Source of the DNA: Savitreella phatthalungensis
Lineage: Eukaryota
Reading direction: 5' to 3'
Assembly (NCBI GenBank): GCA_051599415.1
Contig: AP039691.1
Span: forward strand, 434,001 to 498,000
DNA: 64,000 bases
A program made the position numbers and the translations under genes. The notes below the pieces were generated by a model. The model had not been told where the DNA came from and searched no databases. It saw nothing but the letters and a program-made list of their open reading frames with translations. Positions 53,945 through 64,000 of this stretch are shown in pieces; position 1 is the stretch's first letter, and the number at the start of each line of letters is the position of its first letter.

Positions 53945-55243
53945 ATGGACATTGCGCCGCATCCGCATGGGTTGCGTCCTTCTGGCAACCATGTGGATGG
54001 CGCGAACGATGGAGGTCGGTTGTTTGGTGCTCTCGATGACGGGTTGCTAGCTCACCTGGTGACGTTTGTGGATGACGCTCGCGACCACGTGCGGCTTGGC
54101 AGGACGTGCAAGCGGCTTTACGCTTTCGCTGTCCTGCAGGAGGACTACTGGAAGGACAAGTATGTGTCGGACAAGTGCGACGGCGAGTGGCGAGGTACTT
54201 GGCGGAAGACATTTTTAGGATTGCCAGACGACAGCCCGGCAGTCTCTGTCGCTGGCGTCTCCAGCGACCTCCTCTACAGACCATATCTGAACGCCCAAAT
54301 CGACCTACAACAGTACCTGCCGACGAAGCGGAGCACCCCCATCGCACGCTTCCCAGATCTCTCGCTCGAGCAATTTGCAAAGCACACCCACCATCCATTC
54401 ATCCTCGAGCGGCCTGTCAGGCAGTGGCCCGCGATCGAGCGGTGGTCAACCGATCGATTGCTCGCTGCGCATGGTGGGAAACGATTCCGTGCAGAGTGCG
54501 TTGACTGGCCGCTCGATCGGTACGTCGCTTACATGCGTAACAATACGGACGAGTCCCCACTGTACCTGTTTGACGCCCGGTTCGGTGAGAAGACTGGGAT
54601 GGACGAGGACTACACGATCCCAGCGTGCATGGCCGAGGACATCTTCCACTGCCTCGGCCATGCCAGACCTGACTACCGCTGGCTCATCGTCGGCCCAGCC
54701 CGGTCAGGCTCGACCTTCCACAAGGATCCGAATGGGACTTGTGCGTGGAACGCGGTGGTGAGTGGATCCAAGTATTGGATTATGCTGCCGCCTGACACAC
54801 AGGTGCCAGGCGTGATTGCATCAGACGATGGAGCTGAAGTGACGGCGCCATGCTCGATTGCCGAGTGGCTCATGTCGTATCATGGGGACGCTCGGCGGAC
54901 TAAGGGCTGTGTGGAAGGCGTGTGCAGTGCCGGAGAGATCCTGTATGTGCCGAGCGGGTGGTGGCACCTAGTGGTAAATCTGGAGGACTGCGTTGCCGTC
55001 ACACAGAACTTCGTGCCTGCGGCGTATACTGGGGTCGTCTGGAGGTTTTTGAGAGATCGTGCAGAGCAGGTCTCAGGGTTCCGAGGATGCAATCCGCTAG
55101 GTGAGTTCGATAAGGGTCTCAAGACATGTCATCCCGACCTGCACGCCAAATACGCGACAGCGGCCGACACTGCGTCAACTAGCGCGTGGCAATCTCTTGC
55201 AGCCGGTCCGACCTTTTCGTTCAACTTTGCTGACGACGATTGA
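53945..55243 (+). CDS. F-box-like plus JmjC domain protein (JMJD6-like)
   Basis: HPHGLRPSGN, DESPLYLFD, RPDYRWL..GPARSGSTFHKDPN, VPSGWWHLVVNL. Confidence 0.88.
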   Translation: MDIAPHPHGLRPSGNHVDGANDGGRLFGALDDGLLAHLVTFVDDARDHVRLGRTCKRLYAFAVLQEDYWKDKYVSDKCDGEWRGTWRKTFLGLPDDSPAVSVAGVSSDLLYRPYLNAQIDLQQYLPTKRSTPIARFPDLSLEQFAKHTHHPFILERPVRQWPAIERWSTDRLLAAHGGKRFRAECVDWPLDRYVAYMRNNTDESPLYLFDARFGEKTGMDEDYTIPACMAEDIFHCLGHARPDYRWLIVGPARSGSTFHKDPNGTCAWNAVVSGSKYWIMLPPDTQVPGVIASDDGAEVTAPCSIAEWLMSYHGDARRTKGCVEGVCSAGEILYVPSGWWHLVVNLEDCVAVTQNFVPAAYTGVVWRFLRDRAEQVSGFRGCNPLGEFDKGLKTCHPDLHAKYATAADTASTSAWQSLAAGPTFSFNFADDD

Positions 55244-55275
55244 AGACACCTGTTTCGATAGCATAGAAGGACTAC

Positions 55276-56265
55276 CTAGTCGGCGTATACGTACACGGGC
55301 TCTCCGTCGTTGTATGCGTGCAGGAAAGCTTCACCACTGGCGCTCAGCTGCGTGTAAGCTACGTCGGATTTGTCGAGCAAGGCGCCTGGCAGGTACCGCG
55401 CCCTCGCGAGGTCGAGCAGCTCCCGCATCAAACCCTTCCTCCGGTACACCTTACACGTCCACATTCGCGAGACACCGAGGGTGCATGCTTTCCTCGTCGA
55501 CAGGCTTTTATCGTCGGCGAGCATGAACGACGTTTTTTCTGCGACCGGCTCGCACAAGGCGAGGGCGACACACCTGCCGTTGACGCGATAGAGGAATGCC
55601 GTGTAGGGTCGTTTGGTCAGGGGTGGAAGCGTCGAAGCAAGCTCGATGTCAACGAGCTCGAGCGTTCTCGCTACCACAGCCCTCTCTCCAGCCCTCGCAA
55701 TCGCGAGCCTAACCCCATGCATCGTCCCGATCCTCCCGCTAGCAGTCACAAACACGGACGCCGTTGCTACTGCCGGCATCGTCTTGCTCGGTATCAACAC
55801 ACCCTCGAGCTGAGCTCGGTGGAAGCGATCGTGCATCGCGCAGTCGTCTGGATCAGTGCGCGTGTACGACATCCCGCACCCTTTGCAGTGCACTCTCGCC
55901 GGCAGCAGGTTCAACTTTGACTGAACCAGCGTGCTGCCTGCTGGATCTTGCTGGAGCAGATGTGTTGGGCGGGCAGCTTTCGGACGACGCGTCGGGGTGA
56001 GTGGTGTTTTCCGGCAAGTGCGTTTGCGTGTCGTCGCATTGTTGACGATCTGCCCGAGTGGCAGCGGGTCCCTGGGCCGCTCATCGTCCTCTGGCGCAGG
56101 CGAGCTCGACGGCGGTGGTGAAGGCATTCCGAAATCGCTATCAGTCGCAATCCCGAACCTCGGTGGGCTATACATTCTCGAGAGCGTTGTGTCAACACGA
56201 TTCCGCTCCGAGTAAGTCCTCTTCCGAGGCATGCTCGCCGGCAGGGAATCAAGAAGAGAGTCCAT
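55276..56265 (-). CDS. ECO1: Cohesin acetyltransferase Eco1
   Basis: QSKL PIP-like motif, CKGCGMSY..D..HDRFH zinc finger, GVSRMWT..YRRKGL, AYTQLSASG. Confidence 0.9.
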   Translation of the reverse strand: MDSLLDSLPASMPRKRTYSERNRVDTTLSRMYSPPRFGIATDSDFGMPSPPPSSSPAPEDDERPRDPLPLGQIVNNATTRKRTCRKTPLTPTRRPKAARPTHLLQQDPAGSTLVQSKLNLLPARVHCKGCGMSYTRTDPDDCAMHDRFHRAQLEGVLIPSKTMPAVATASVFVTASGRIGTMHGVRLAIARAGERAVVARTLELVDIELASTLPPLTKRPYTAFLYRVNGRCVALALCEPVAEKTSFMLADDKSLSTRKACTLGVSRMWTCKVYRRKGLMRELLDLARARYLPGALLDKSDVAYTQLSASGEAFLHAYNDGEPVYVYAD

Positions 56266-56363
56266 GGTTGACTCTGTTAGTATGCCAAGAACATACGCAG
56301 GTTGCGTCCGTCAAGAGATCGCTCGTTGATGAGGAGGTCGTAGACGTTTATAGTGGTAGATTG

Positions 56364-56487
56364 ACGCGCCGGCGCGTCTCAGGAAAAGAATGAAATTTGA
56401 GGAAGTGCATCATCGATCTGTTTTAAATGCATTTCGAATTAGCCGTTGCATTTTGTTTCTCTTTTGAAGGTCACGCGTCAGACGCGT
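56364..56487 (-). promoter_or_regulatory. MCB-like elements upstream of ECO1
   Basis: ACGCGT at 56473-56478 and 56482-56487; ACGCG/CGCGT at 56364 and 56373. Confidence 0.6.
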
Positions 56488-56602
56488 CTATTGCATGACT
56501 ATAGCCTACACGTGCACAAGAATAGAATGGAGGACATGCCGGTGGGCTGGGTAGAATGCAATTGTATCAGCCCATATGTCGTTGCCACCTTTACTTCCAA
56601 GT

Positions 56603-57874
56603 CTATAGGTCGATCTTGCGAGAGCTGTCGAGATAGTAGTCGAGGTCTTCCTTTGTGACGTTGTTTCTGCGTTGCTGGAAGTCTGCCACGAACGCCTGGA
56701 TTACTGCGATGCACTCTTTCTTCATCTCGCCCGTGAGGAGTGTGCCTGCGGTGTACTGCTGCCTCAGCTGCTCGAGCTTTTCGTCGTCGTCGAGGAAGAA
56801 GGTCAGGTACTGGTAGGGCACGTCAACATCTGGGTTGCCACCATTAGCTCTATGTTCTTCCAGGGTTGCACCGCCGCCGGAGAAGGCGTGCTTGTTGATC
56901 TTATCCTTGATCTTCTTCGGAGTGTCGTTCATGAAGATAGCAGAGGCGTCGATCGAGGCAGACATCTTTGTCCCGGGACCTTGGAGCGCAGGGAAGAAGA
57001 TCGAATGAATGAGTGCAGGTTTTGGCGTCTTCAGCCGTACGCTCACGTCCCGCGTCAGTCGGAAGTACGGATCCTGGTCGATCGCACAAGGGATCAGGCA
57101 AGGCACGTCGGTCCTCGTGCCGAATATCTGCGGGAAGGAAGAGGAGAAGGCAGGTGCGGCCTGGATCGCAACAAAGTGAGACTTTCCGATGCTGTCTGTG
57201 CCTTCAAACCCAAAAGTCGATCGGGCCTGATTCAGGGTGATGCATTTGGAGATTCTAAGGACGTTCCGGTAGAACGCGCCACCGACAAAGTCCGTATCTG
57301 CAAACATGAACGTCTTATGTGGGAGGAATCCGACGGCAATGATGTCCTTTGCGTTGTCCATCGTGAACTTATAGGTCTCCTCGAGCGTCAACGCCTGCTT
57401 GAATAGGAACTTCTCGTCGTCTGTCAACTGGATGACGAGTGGGCAGTCAAACACACGCTGCAGGTAGGCAGTGAAGACAAACGGGATCATGTGGCCAAGG
57501 TGCATCGACTCTGACGATGGTCCTCGACCTGTATACAGGTAGAACTTCTTTCCCTTTTCGTGCAGATCCAGTAGACCCTCGAGGTCGCGGTGTGAGAAGA
57601 AGGCGCCTCTACGGAGCAGGTGGTGTGGCCGCTGGCCTGTCACTCGCTCGAATCTCTGAAGTAGGGCGTCATCAATCGCTCGCGTGCCGAACTGCGCAAT
57701 CAGCTTCGTGTAGTCAATCGCGACCTGCTTTCCATCCACAACAGCGCCCTCGACCTCCCATGGCGTCACGTTCTGCTGTGTGTTACCCTCTGACAGGGTT
57801 GCAGCTGCTGGTTGAGAGTCTCCTGTGAGTGGATCTACAAGCTTGATAGCCTCTATCGGCAAAGCTTCCGCCAT
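56603..57874 (-). CDS. WRS1: Cytosolic tryptophanyl-tRNA synthetase
   Basis: [32 protein letters not shown]. Confidence 0.97.
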   Translation of the reverse strand: MAEALPIEAIKLVDPLTGDSQPAAATLSEGNTQQNVTPWEVEGAVVDGKQVAIDYTKLIAQFGTRAIDDALLQRFERVTGQRPHHLLRRGAFFSHRDLEGLLDLHEKGKKFYLYTGRGPSSESMHLGHMIPFVFTAYLQRVFDCPLVIQLTDDEKFLFKQALTLEETYKFTMDNAKDIIAVGFLPHKTFMFADTDFVGGAFYRNVLRISKCITLNQARSTFGFEGTDSIGKSHFVAIQAAPAFSSSFPQIFGTRTDVPCLIPCAIDQDPYFRLTRDVSVRLKTPKPALIHSIFFPALQGPGTKMSASIDASAIFMNDTPKKIKDKINKHAFSGGGATLEEHRANGGNPDVDVPYQYLTFFLDDDEKLEQLRQQYTAGTLLTGEMKKECIAVIQAFVADFQQRRNNVTKEDLDYYLDSSRKIDL

Positions 57875-58137
57875 AGCTGACGAGGAGATTATCAAACGTC
57901 AACGTCGTCCTTGACCTTCGTCCTTGTGTGTGAGTGATAAAGTTGTGTATTAAATGATGCTACAAAGAAATCCGTGCATGTGCGGATGTGCACCATGGAC
58001 TGCTCGTGAAATTGAAGGTGACGTCTGAAGACTCGATTCTTATTGCAAAGCGCGTCTTCCACAGCTTAGACGCGCTCTCCTTCACACAAGCACAGGCGCA
58101 CAGACAACCCTAGGAACCCAGTCGCCTGAACAAACCG

Positions 58138-58845
58138 ATGCCGCGCCCAATCAGAAGACCAAGAACGGCAGGCACGTCTAGCGACGCGGTCTCGACGAAG
58201 GCCGTGCAGGTTGCAGACCCATCACCTGTGCGGAAGATTCGCAAGCGCGATTTTGGGAGTGAGGATGATGAGTTTGGATTTAGCAAGGTGAGCGCGATCG
58301 AATTGCCTGCAGGTGCGCCTGTACGTGAGCCCCGGAGATCACTGCGACGTGGTACGCCGCGCACGAGCACGGGTTCAAGTAGCAGCACAATCGGGCGGCT
58401 GAGGGTTCACCGAGACGACGATGATGAGGACGAGGAGGGTGGAGATGACACGATGAGCTCTGGGCGAGTCACATCAACACCGATATCACAGATGCCGACG
58501 CGCAGAACACCGGCAAGACCGCCGGCCCCTGCACCCGCCCCAACAACCAGGGAACCACTGAGAGCGAAAACAAACGAGTTGACAAATCTCCTCCCACGCA
58601 GACCCACCAAAAAGCCTGCAAAACAAGATCAACCCACCCGACCTGCGAAGAAGACGGTCACCGTGGAGGAACCAGAGCACGCTTCGGAGGATGAATCTGA
58701 TGATGGCGCGCGCGCTGTTGGTGAATTTGGGCTTGATGAAGCTGCACTAGCGCGACTGGCTGCAATTCGGGCTACGTTCGAGGAAGTGGACGCTGTAGAG
58801 CTCGAGTACGAGTCTCTGAGCTCGCAACTCCACAGCGACGTGTAA
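58138..58845 (+). CDS. Sororin-like (Sor1/CDCA5) protein
   Basis: Disordered basic protein with one FGF motif and a C-terminal IRATFEEVDAVELEYE sororin-type motif. Confidence 0.65.
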   Translation: MPRPIRRPRTAGTSSDAVSTKAVQVADPSPVRKIRKRDFGSEDDEFGFSKVSAIELPAGAPVREPRRSLRRGTPRTSTGSSSSTIGRLRVHRDDDDEDEEGGDDTMSSGRVTSTPISQMPTRRTPARPPAPAPAPTTREPLRAKTNELTNLLPRRPTKKPAKQDQPTRPAKKTVTVEEPEHASEDESDDGARAVGEFGLDEAALARLAAIRATFEEVDAVELEYESLSSQLHSDV

Positions 58846-58934
58846 TTACCAGAAACCGACAAAATTTCTTCGTTTTCCTTGTGCGTATGAACATATATCA
58901 TCCCGTAACCTGTCTCTTGGACCTCATCCTTCGA

Positions 58935-59300
58935 TCAATCCCAGCCGACCTGTCGTGTTCTGACGAGATCGCTGTCCTTGCCAGTCTGCTTGCCTGCGAG
59001 CTTGCTCTGAGATGTGGATGTCAGTAGTCATTCACCAGTGGACAAAGAAAGGTATTTTTCACATACCTCGACGACGAGAGGGTCGCTAGCAAACATGCCG
59101 TGCGTCACAGCTTGTCTCTTGACCAGCTTGAGCTGATCCTTGCCGAATGCTAGCGCCTGCTCGGCCTCGCTCGAGTTCGGGCTGAGCGACCTCGAAGCCT
59201 CAAAGTGGTCACGAGCCCGCCGGCGGGTGTACATTCTGAAGTTGTATGGTAATGGCTGGGCGGTACGCAGAATACTGCGATAGAGTGATAAGGCCGACAT
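58935..59300 (-). CDS. ISD11: LYR protein Isd11 (2 exons)
   Basis: SLYRSILR..YNFRMYTRRRARDHF..LVVE; intron 59066-59007 (GTATGT..CTGAC..CAG); exon 2 ends RQVGWD. Confidence 0.9.
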
Positions 59301-59506
59301 CAGATCGTCAATCGATGTATCGATCGAGCGCCTGAATATCTTGTGGAAGGTGTCGTGTTCAGAATTCCCCACGCAGAACTTGCGGTTAGGTGTTACCTGG
59401 CGCACGAGTGTGCACATGATGATTAAATTTGTCATTCGTGATCAGGTACATACGGACATGCGTATTCAATCGTGCATTGATGCTAATTTCCATTATCCAT
59501 AATTAT

Positions 59507-61024
59507 CTAAGGTGGCGAGAAAGGTCTTCGCCGGGTCATGGTTACGTCTAGTCGTGTAGGTTTGAGAAGAAAGCCTTCTCGCAGGACCGTTTTTGCGTGC
59601 GGATCCTGCCGACGGAACTCGAAGTTGTAGAGCAGGTTTGCCAAGACGGTCTGGAGTTCTAGCATGGCGACATTGCGGCCGACACATGCACGTGGTCCGT
59701 AACTGAACGGAATGAATTGCTTGTCTCCTGGTGCATCAGCTGCCGCCCATCGATCCGGTTTGAACTTTTCTGGGTTTGGGTAGATCGCGGGATCGTGATG
59801 CACTGTATAGGAAGGCACTGACAGGACTGTTCCCGGCGGGAATCTATGACCACAGACGTCGAGTGGCTCGGGTCCGGCTACCTCTCTCGGAAGACCCATG
59901 GCTGAAGTGGGCTGAACGCGTAGCGCCTCCCAGATACAGTATAGGAGGTGCTTGTTGTGCTGAACGTCTGCAAACGTGGCAAGAGAGTCTCCGAGTGGTT
60001 CCATCATTTCATCGATGGACTGTTGCAGCCGCGCGTACTCCTCAGGGTTTCGGCAAAGGACGTCCAAGAAATGCGTTAGAGAGTTACTAGTCGTGTCGGA
60101 CCCTGCAATCAGCTGCGTCAGGGCTTCTGCCTGGATTTCTGTCTTTGGCAGCGGTGTGCCGTCCTCGTTCCGTGCCTTGAGCAAGAATGACAAGAGGTCC
60201 TTCCGGTCGCTCTCTACGCCAATGCGCTTGTCGACAGCGGTGATGGCGATCTGGGCAAGTTTGCGGACGCTCTGGAGTCCGTCGGTGAAGAATTTGTCCC
60301 AGATCATCCAGGGTGTCCAAGGCTTGATCCAAACCATTGTACCGACTGTAGCAGACCACTCTCCGCGCTCGTTGAGAACGCGGATGCCGTCATTTGTGTC
60401 GCGTTCTGCCTCGAGAAACCCGAAAGGTGTGCCGAATGCCAGGTCGCCGATGATGTCAAAGGCGAGGTAGTTTGCCCATGGGAGGAAGTCGAAATCGGCG
60501 GCCTGACCACCTTGACGTTGGATGAGAGAGTCGAGCTTGTGGAGGAAGAGACGAATGCTCTTCTGGACATATGGCTCGAACCCTGTGACGTTTTGTGCGC
60601 TGAAGACTGATGAGACTATTTTGCGCTTGCGAGTATGATCTGCTCTGTCACGGGTGTTGAAGAGTCCGCGATGAATGCTGACAAAGGCATCATAGAAGTC
60701 TGCCTTGAGTGTGCCTGTGCCATGACCGTAGACGATAGGGATGGCGTCTGCAATAGCTATGGAGATGTGGTTTGGAGCGATTCTCACAAATCTGCCGTGT
60801 GTTTGGTGTGCTTCATGGACTGCGCGAAAGCGTCGGTGAGCCCTTGCATGGTAGAAGAGCCAGAGGTCTGAGTATCTGGCTAGCCACGGACCGGGCACCC
60901 ATTTGAGGGTATTTTGAGGTTTGGAGAATAGAGTCGTTGTGATGAGAAGAAACAGAAGGGAAAGGAGGAGGACTGCCAGTGTGGCAGGAGAGAGCGAGGT
61001 GAGAGTATGGAGAAGAAAGCCCAT
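59507..61024 (-). CDS. Cytochrome P450 of the CYP53 family (benzoate 4-monooxygenase)
   Basis: VRIAPNHISIA, FYDAFVSIHRGLFNTRDR, EALTQLIAGSDTTSN, PFSYGPRACVGRN. Confidence 0.92.
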   Translation of the reverse strand: MGFLLHTLTSLSPATLAVLLLSLLFLLITTTLFSKPQNTLKWVPGPWLARYSDLWLFYHARAHRRFRAVHEAHQTHGRFVRIAPNHISIAIADAIPIVYGHGTGTLKADFYDAFVSIHRGLFNTRDRADHTRKRKIVSSVFSAQNVTGFEPYVQKSIRLFLHKLDSLIQRQGGQAADFDFLPWANYLAFDIIGDLAFGTPFGFLEAERDTNDGIRVLNERGEWSATVGTMVWIKPWTPWMIWDKFFTDGLQSVRKLAQIAITAVDKRIGVESDRKDLLSFLLKARNEDGTPLPKTEIQAEALTQLIAGSDTTSNSLTHFLDVLCRNPEEYARLQQSIDEMMEPLGDSLATFADVQHNKHLLYCIWEALRVQPTSAMGLPREVAGPEPLDVCGHRFPPGTVLSVPSYTVHHDPAIYPNPEKFKPDRWAAADAPGDKQFIPFSYGPRACVGRNVAMLELQTVLANLLYNFEFRRQDPHAKTVLREGFLLKPTRLDVTMTRRRPFSPP

Positions 61025-61238
61025 GTTGATGATACTATCGAGTGGAACGACCCCTAGAGGTTTTGTAGACGAAGTCGAATGGAAGATGAGCTCCCAAGCG
61101 AGTCCTTCTTTCTTCTTTCTTGCTCACAGTCAGAAGGAGGACTATAGTGGATCGAGTGTTCGAGTGAAAGCGTCCAGCTGTTGAAGAAGAGCTCTAATAC
61201 ATATGTTATGGATATAGTGATTGTCTTGAAGACTGATT

Positions 61239-61735
61239 GAGTGAGGGAGAGTGAGTGAGTGAGAGTGAGGTAGAGTGAGAGTGAGTGGGTGAGTGTGAAG
61301 ATCAAGTGAGAGTGCTCATGAGTGTGAAGATGGTATGATAAGACTATTTAGATCGAATAGAAAAAGTCTCCGGAGTTGGAAATGGAGCCCCACATGTCAT
61401 GTCAGTCTGCTCTCTCTCTCACTCAACCTTGGCAATCATTCATTCATTCATTCGATCAGGCATTGATTCGATTGATTAATCATGCACTAATTATTCATTG
61501 ATGCGTTTACAGTACAGCCTCGCGTCTTTTCTTTTGACTCTCTCAATCATTCTACTCAAAATTCATTAATCGAACGATCGAACTGATTGGATGATCGGAT
61601 GAATTAGTGCAGGCGAGTCTATCTGCATTGATAGGTCATGCATCTTATTCAATCGATTCACTCATCCACTCACTCACTCACAGTCACTCACATACATACC
61701 CTGACACTCACTCACTCACTCACTCACCTACTCAC
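61239..61735. repeat. (GAGT)n, (CATT)n and (ACTC)n microsatellite tracts
   Basis: GAGT-rich 61239-61324; ACTC-rich about 61658-61735. Confidence 0.8.
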
Positions 61736-61949
61736 CCCTGATCGATGCATCACTCCAACCCACAAGGTCAAGTCTGTAGAGCAAGTGTGATAAGTGTTCA
61801 ATCGATCGATTAATCATGCACTCATTCGTCCATCCATTATACCCTCTCAGTCACTAGCTAGACAACAATCCCAATACATATGTCCTCATGACTTGACCTG
61901 TTGGAATATCCTGATACATTTCATCCTCTCCAACTCCCTCCATACCCCT

Positions 61950-64000
61950 TCACCAACCGGACATACCAATCAGTGGCTCAAGCTGCAAGTCATTGCCAAA
62001 CACTTCAGCGTTGTTGCCGAGCATGAACGCCAGCAACGAGTCCTGATTCAGATTCTGCATTCCCCAAGCGGCAGCTGCAGCCTCAGCCGTCTGTGGCTGA
62101 CCACCATGATGACTGCTAGTGCCATTTCCAGTACCTGGTCCATGACCACTGCTAGTGCCAGTTGTGTTGTTGGGACTGCGATCGCCGTTGGTGCCGGTGT
62201 GATTGCCGTTGTGGTGATGATGGTGATGGTGGTGCAGGTGAGGGTGTGCATGAGCAGCCAGACCGACATTGTAGCCTTCTGGAACGACGTAGTTCGAAAC
62301 GTAGATCTGCTGAGGCGGCGACATGGCTGTCTCTGGCCGCGGCGACGGTACAGGTGAATTGCTCCGAGGCGTCTGTGCTGACATCCGTGGACCGACCTGG
62401 GAGCGGACGTTGCTCGTATATGCGTCGCGCTGAACACCTGCGTCAGCCAGCGTTCCATAGTCCAACACTTTGCTCCTGAAATCGGCAAAGTGATCCGTTG
62501 TCTCGTACGCCAGTCTTCCCTCTGAAGAGAACCGTGTGTGGAGGTCGTAGAGCTTCCGTGCGGTCTCGATCCAGTTCGATACCATCTTCCACTTGCCCCT
62601 CGCATCCTCCAGATATCCGAGCCCCTCCCTGTGTAGCTGGAGCGCGCGCGGAGAGATCTCCGGATCAGACCATGGGAACGCTGCCAGGTACGCCATCACC
62701 GACGAAGCGGAGAAGATCGAGAAGAGCGCAAACGGCACGCACAGCGGACTCTCAGACTTGACCAACTCCCGATTGAGCGAGATGATCTGCTCTGCAGCCT
62801 CAAATGCCGTGTGCGCAGACTTCTGCCAGAATCCTTGAGGCTCGCGCCAGCCGCGCTCACCGCCTTCAGGTGGACCTTTCGGCGGATCACCTCTAGGCGG
62901 CGCAAATGTCAGGTAGCTCCGGTGGAGGAAGAGCAAGCCATTGTTGTAGACCATGTACATGAGTGCAAAGCTCGAGTGCTTCTGGCTCAGCTGGATCAGC
63001 AAGGTCTGTGGATTGAGCTGCAAGGAGCTTGGCAATCGCGCTCGCCACTGATCAAACTTGGCCTGAAGCTTGTAGAAATCGCCCTGCTCATCCCACGGAG
63101 GCCGCGTATCTGTCCTCCAAGCTCTCGAGCACGTCCATCGCGACAGCTCCGACCACAGGTCCATCAGCTCGATGTACGCCGCCATTGTCCCCGTGCATTC
63201 TGGCAGATGTGTCTCGCCCGGGTGGAGCTCCTCGTGCAGATATCGAATCGCCTCTGGCGTGCCGTAAGTAAAGTTCGTGTTGTCCTGCGGCAAGGGCACC
63301 GACACATCTGCTCTTGCGATCATCTGCGGCCGACCTAGACCGTTCGACAGCAACCTGTCCATCAGGAAACATGACCAAAAGGTCCGTCTGCGCGTCTCTG
63401 CCTCGATGAATTCCACACCGCGGGAAAACCTGGCTGGCGGGTACGCCTGCGCGTTCGCTAGACCGAGCACCTGCGCCATCCGAATCGCGATCCCAATATA
63501 AATCCACGCGCGTGCGCCCTCGCTGTTTGACCAGAGGTATGCACCGACCATGATCAGGCACTGAATCCGCGGGATACTCGGCTTGTCAATGTGCGGCATG
63601 ACGAGAGCGAGTGCTCGCCTGCAGAAATGCTCAGACGCCACCTGCTCGTCCTCAAAGTCCTTGACAATCTGGCGCGACAGTCTAGCACTGAGCGTCAGAA
63701 TCGCCAGACACACACAGGCCTCCACCTCACCTTCCCGCCACTGCTTCTCAAACGTCGGCTTGTGGAAGATGCCAAACATGTCGTTATACGAGTGCTGGAA
63801 GAACAGCTCGAGCGCCTCTGCCATGATCTCCCGGCATGGTAGATTATGAGGTCCGCCCTCGTACCGAGCTCTCTTGAAACTCGGTGTGACCCCTTCGACC
63901 GCCGATACACGCCTCTTCACGGGCTGTGGGCTGCTTCGCGCACCTTCGTCGTCCTGGATGATCGTCGGAATGATACACTGCTTGCCGCTTTGGGAGCAGT
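61950..64000 (-). CDS. Zn2Cys6 fungal transcription factor (5' end outside the window)
   Basis: Frame open to the edge with CSQSGKQC (last two cluster Cys); middle homology region AWIYIGIAIRMAQVLGL...ETRRRTFWSCFLMDR. Confidence 0.9.
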   Translation of the reverse strand, partial: CSQSGKQCIIPTIIQDDEGARSSPQPVKRRVSAVEGVTPSFKRARYEGGPHNLPCREIMAEALELFFQHSYNDMFGIFHKPTFEKQWREGEVEACVCLAILTLSARLSRQIVKDFEDEQVASEHFCRRALALVMPHIDKPSIPRIQCLIMVGAYLWSNSEGARAWIYIGIAIRMAQVLGLANAQAYPPARFSRGVEFIEAETRRRTFWSCFLMDRLLSNGLGRPQMIARADVSVPLPQDNTNFTYGTPEAIRYLHEELHPGETHLPECTGTMAAYIELMDLWSELSRWTCSRAWRTDTRPPWDEQGDFYKLQAKFDQWRARLPSSLQLNPQTLLIQLSQKHSSFALMYMVYNNGLLFLHRSYLTFAPPRGDPPKGPPEGGERGWREPQGFWQKSAHTAFEAAEQIISLNRELVKSESPLCVPFALFSIFSASSVMAYLAAFPWSDPEISPRALQLHREGLGYLEDARGKWKMVSNWIETARKLYDLHTRFSSEGRLAYETTDHFADFRSKVLDYGTLADAGVQRDAYTSNVRSQVGPRMSAQTPRSNSPVPSPRPETAMSPPQQIYVSNYVVPEGYNVGLAAHAHPHLHHHHHHHHNGNHTGTNGDRSPNNTTGTSSGHGPGTGNGTSSHHGGQPQTAEAAAAAWGMQNLNQDSLLAFMLGNNAEVFGNDLQLEPLIGMSGW

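Noticed and set aside
4004..59300. Apparent enrichment of mitochondrial genes (about 13)
   Set aside because: They are interspersed with unrelated genes, and enrichment cannot be distinguished from chance without genome-wide counts.

Overview
A gene-dense, intron-poor ascomycete nuclear region. Short GT-AG introns with CTRAC branch points, together with complex I (NDUFA13) and molybdopterin (MoaE) genes, argue against Saccharomyces or Schizosaccharomyces. A Taphrinomycotina-like compact genome is my inference. The window holds about 43 mostly housekeeping genes (mitochondrial, ribosome biogenesis, sterol, cohesion and meiosis) and one very recent Ty3/Gypsy LTR retrotransposon at 33357-38552, with identical 183-bp LTRs and a 4-bp target-site duplication (TSD). 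The most striking feature is that element's leader. Its primer-binding site (PBS) extends into a 50-nt antisense copy of tRNA-Ala(CGC) positions 76 to 27. That copy is fused directly to four telomeric GGGTTA repeats, which join a capsid-less gag. This looks like a footprint of tRNA read-through plus telomerase extension during reverse transcription. Other highlights are a 13x Cys-Pro-Val/His repeat array fused to a GST, a -1 frameshift signal between protease and RT, a probable CUG-initiated mitochondrial Trm5 isoform, an Eco1/sororin-like pair with MCB-type promoters, and two small candidate genes missed by the ORF track. All protein assignments come from motif recognition, not database searches.
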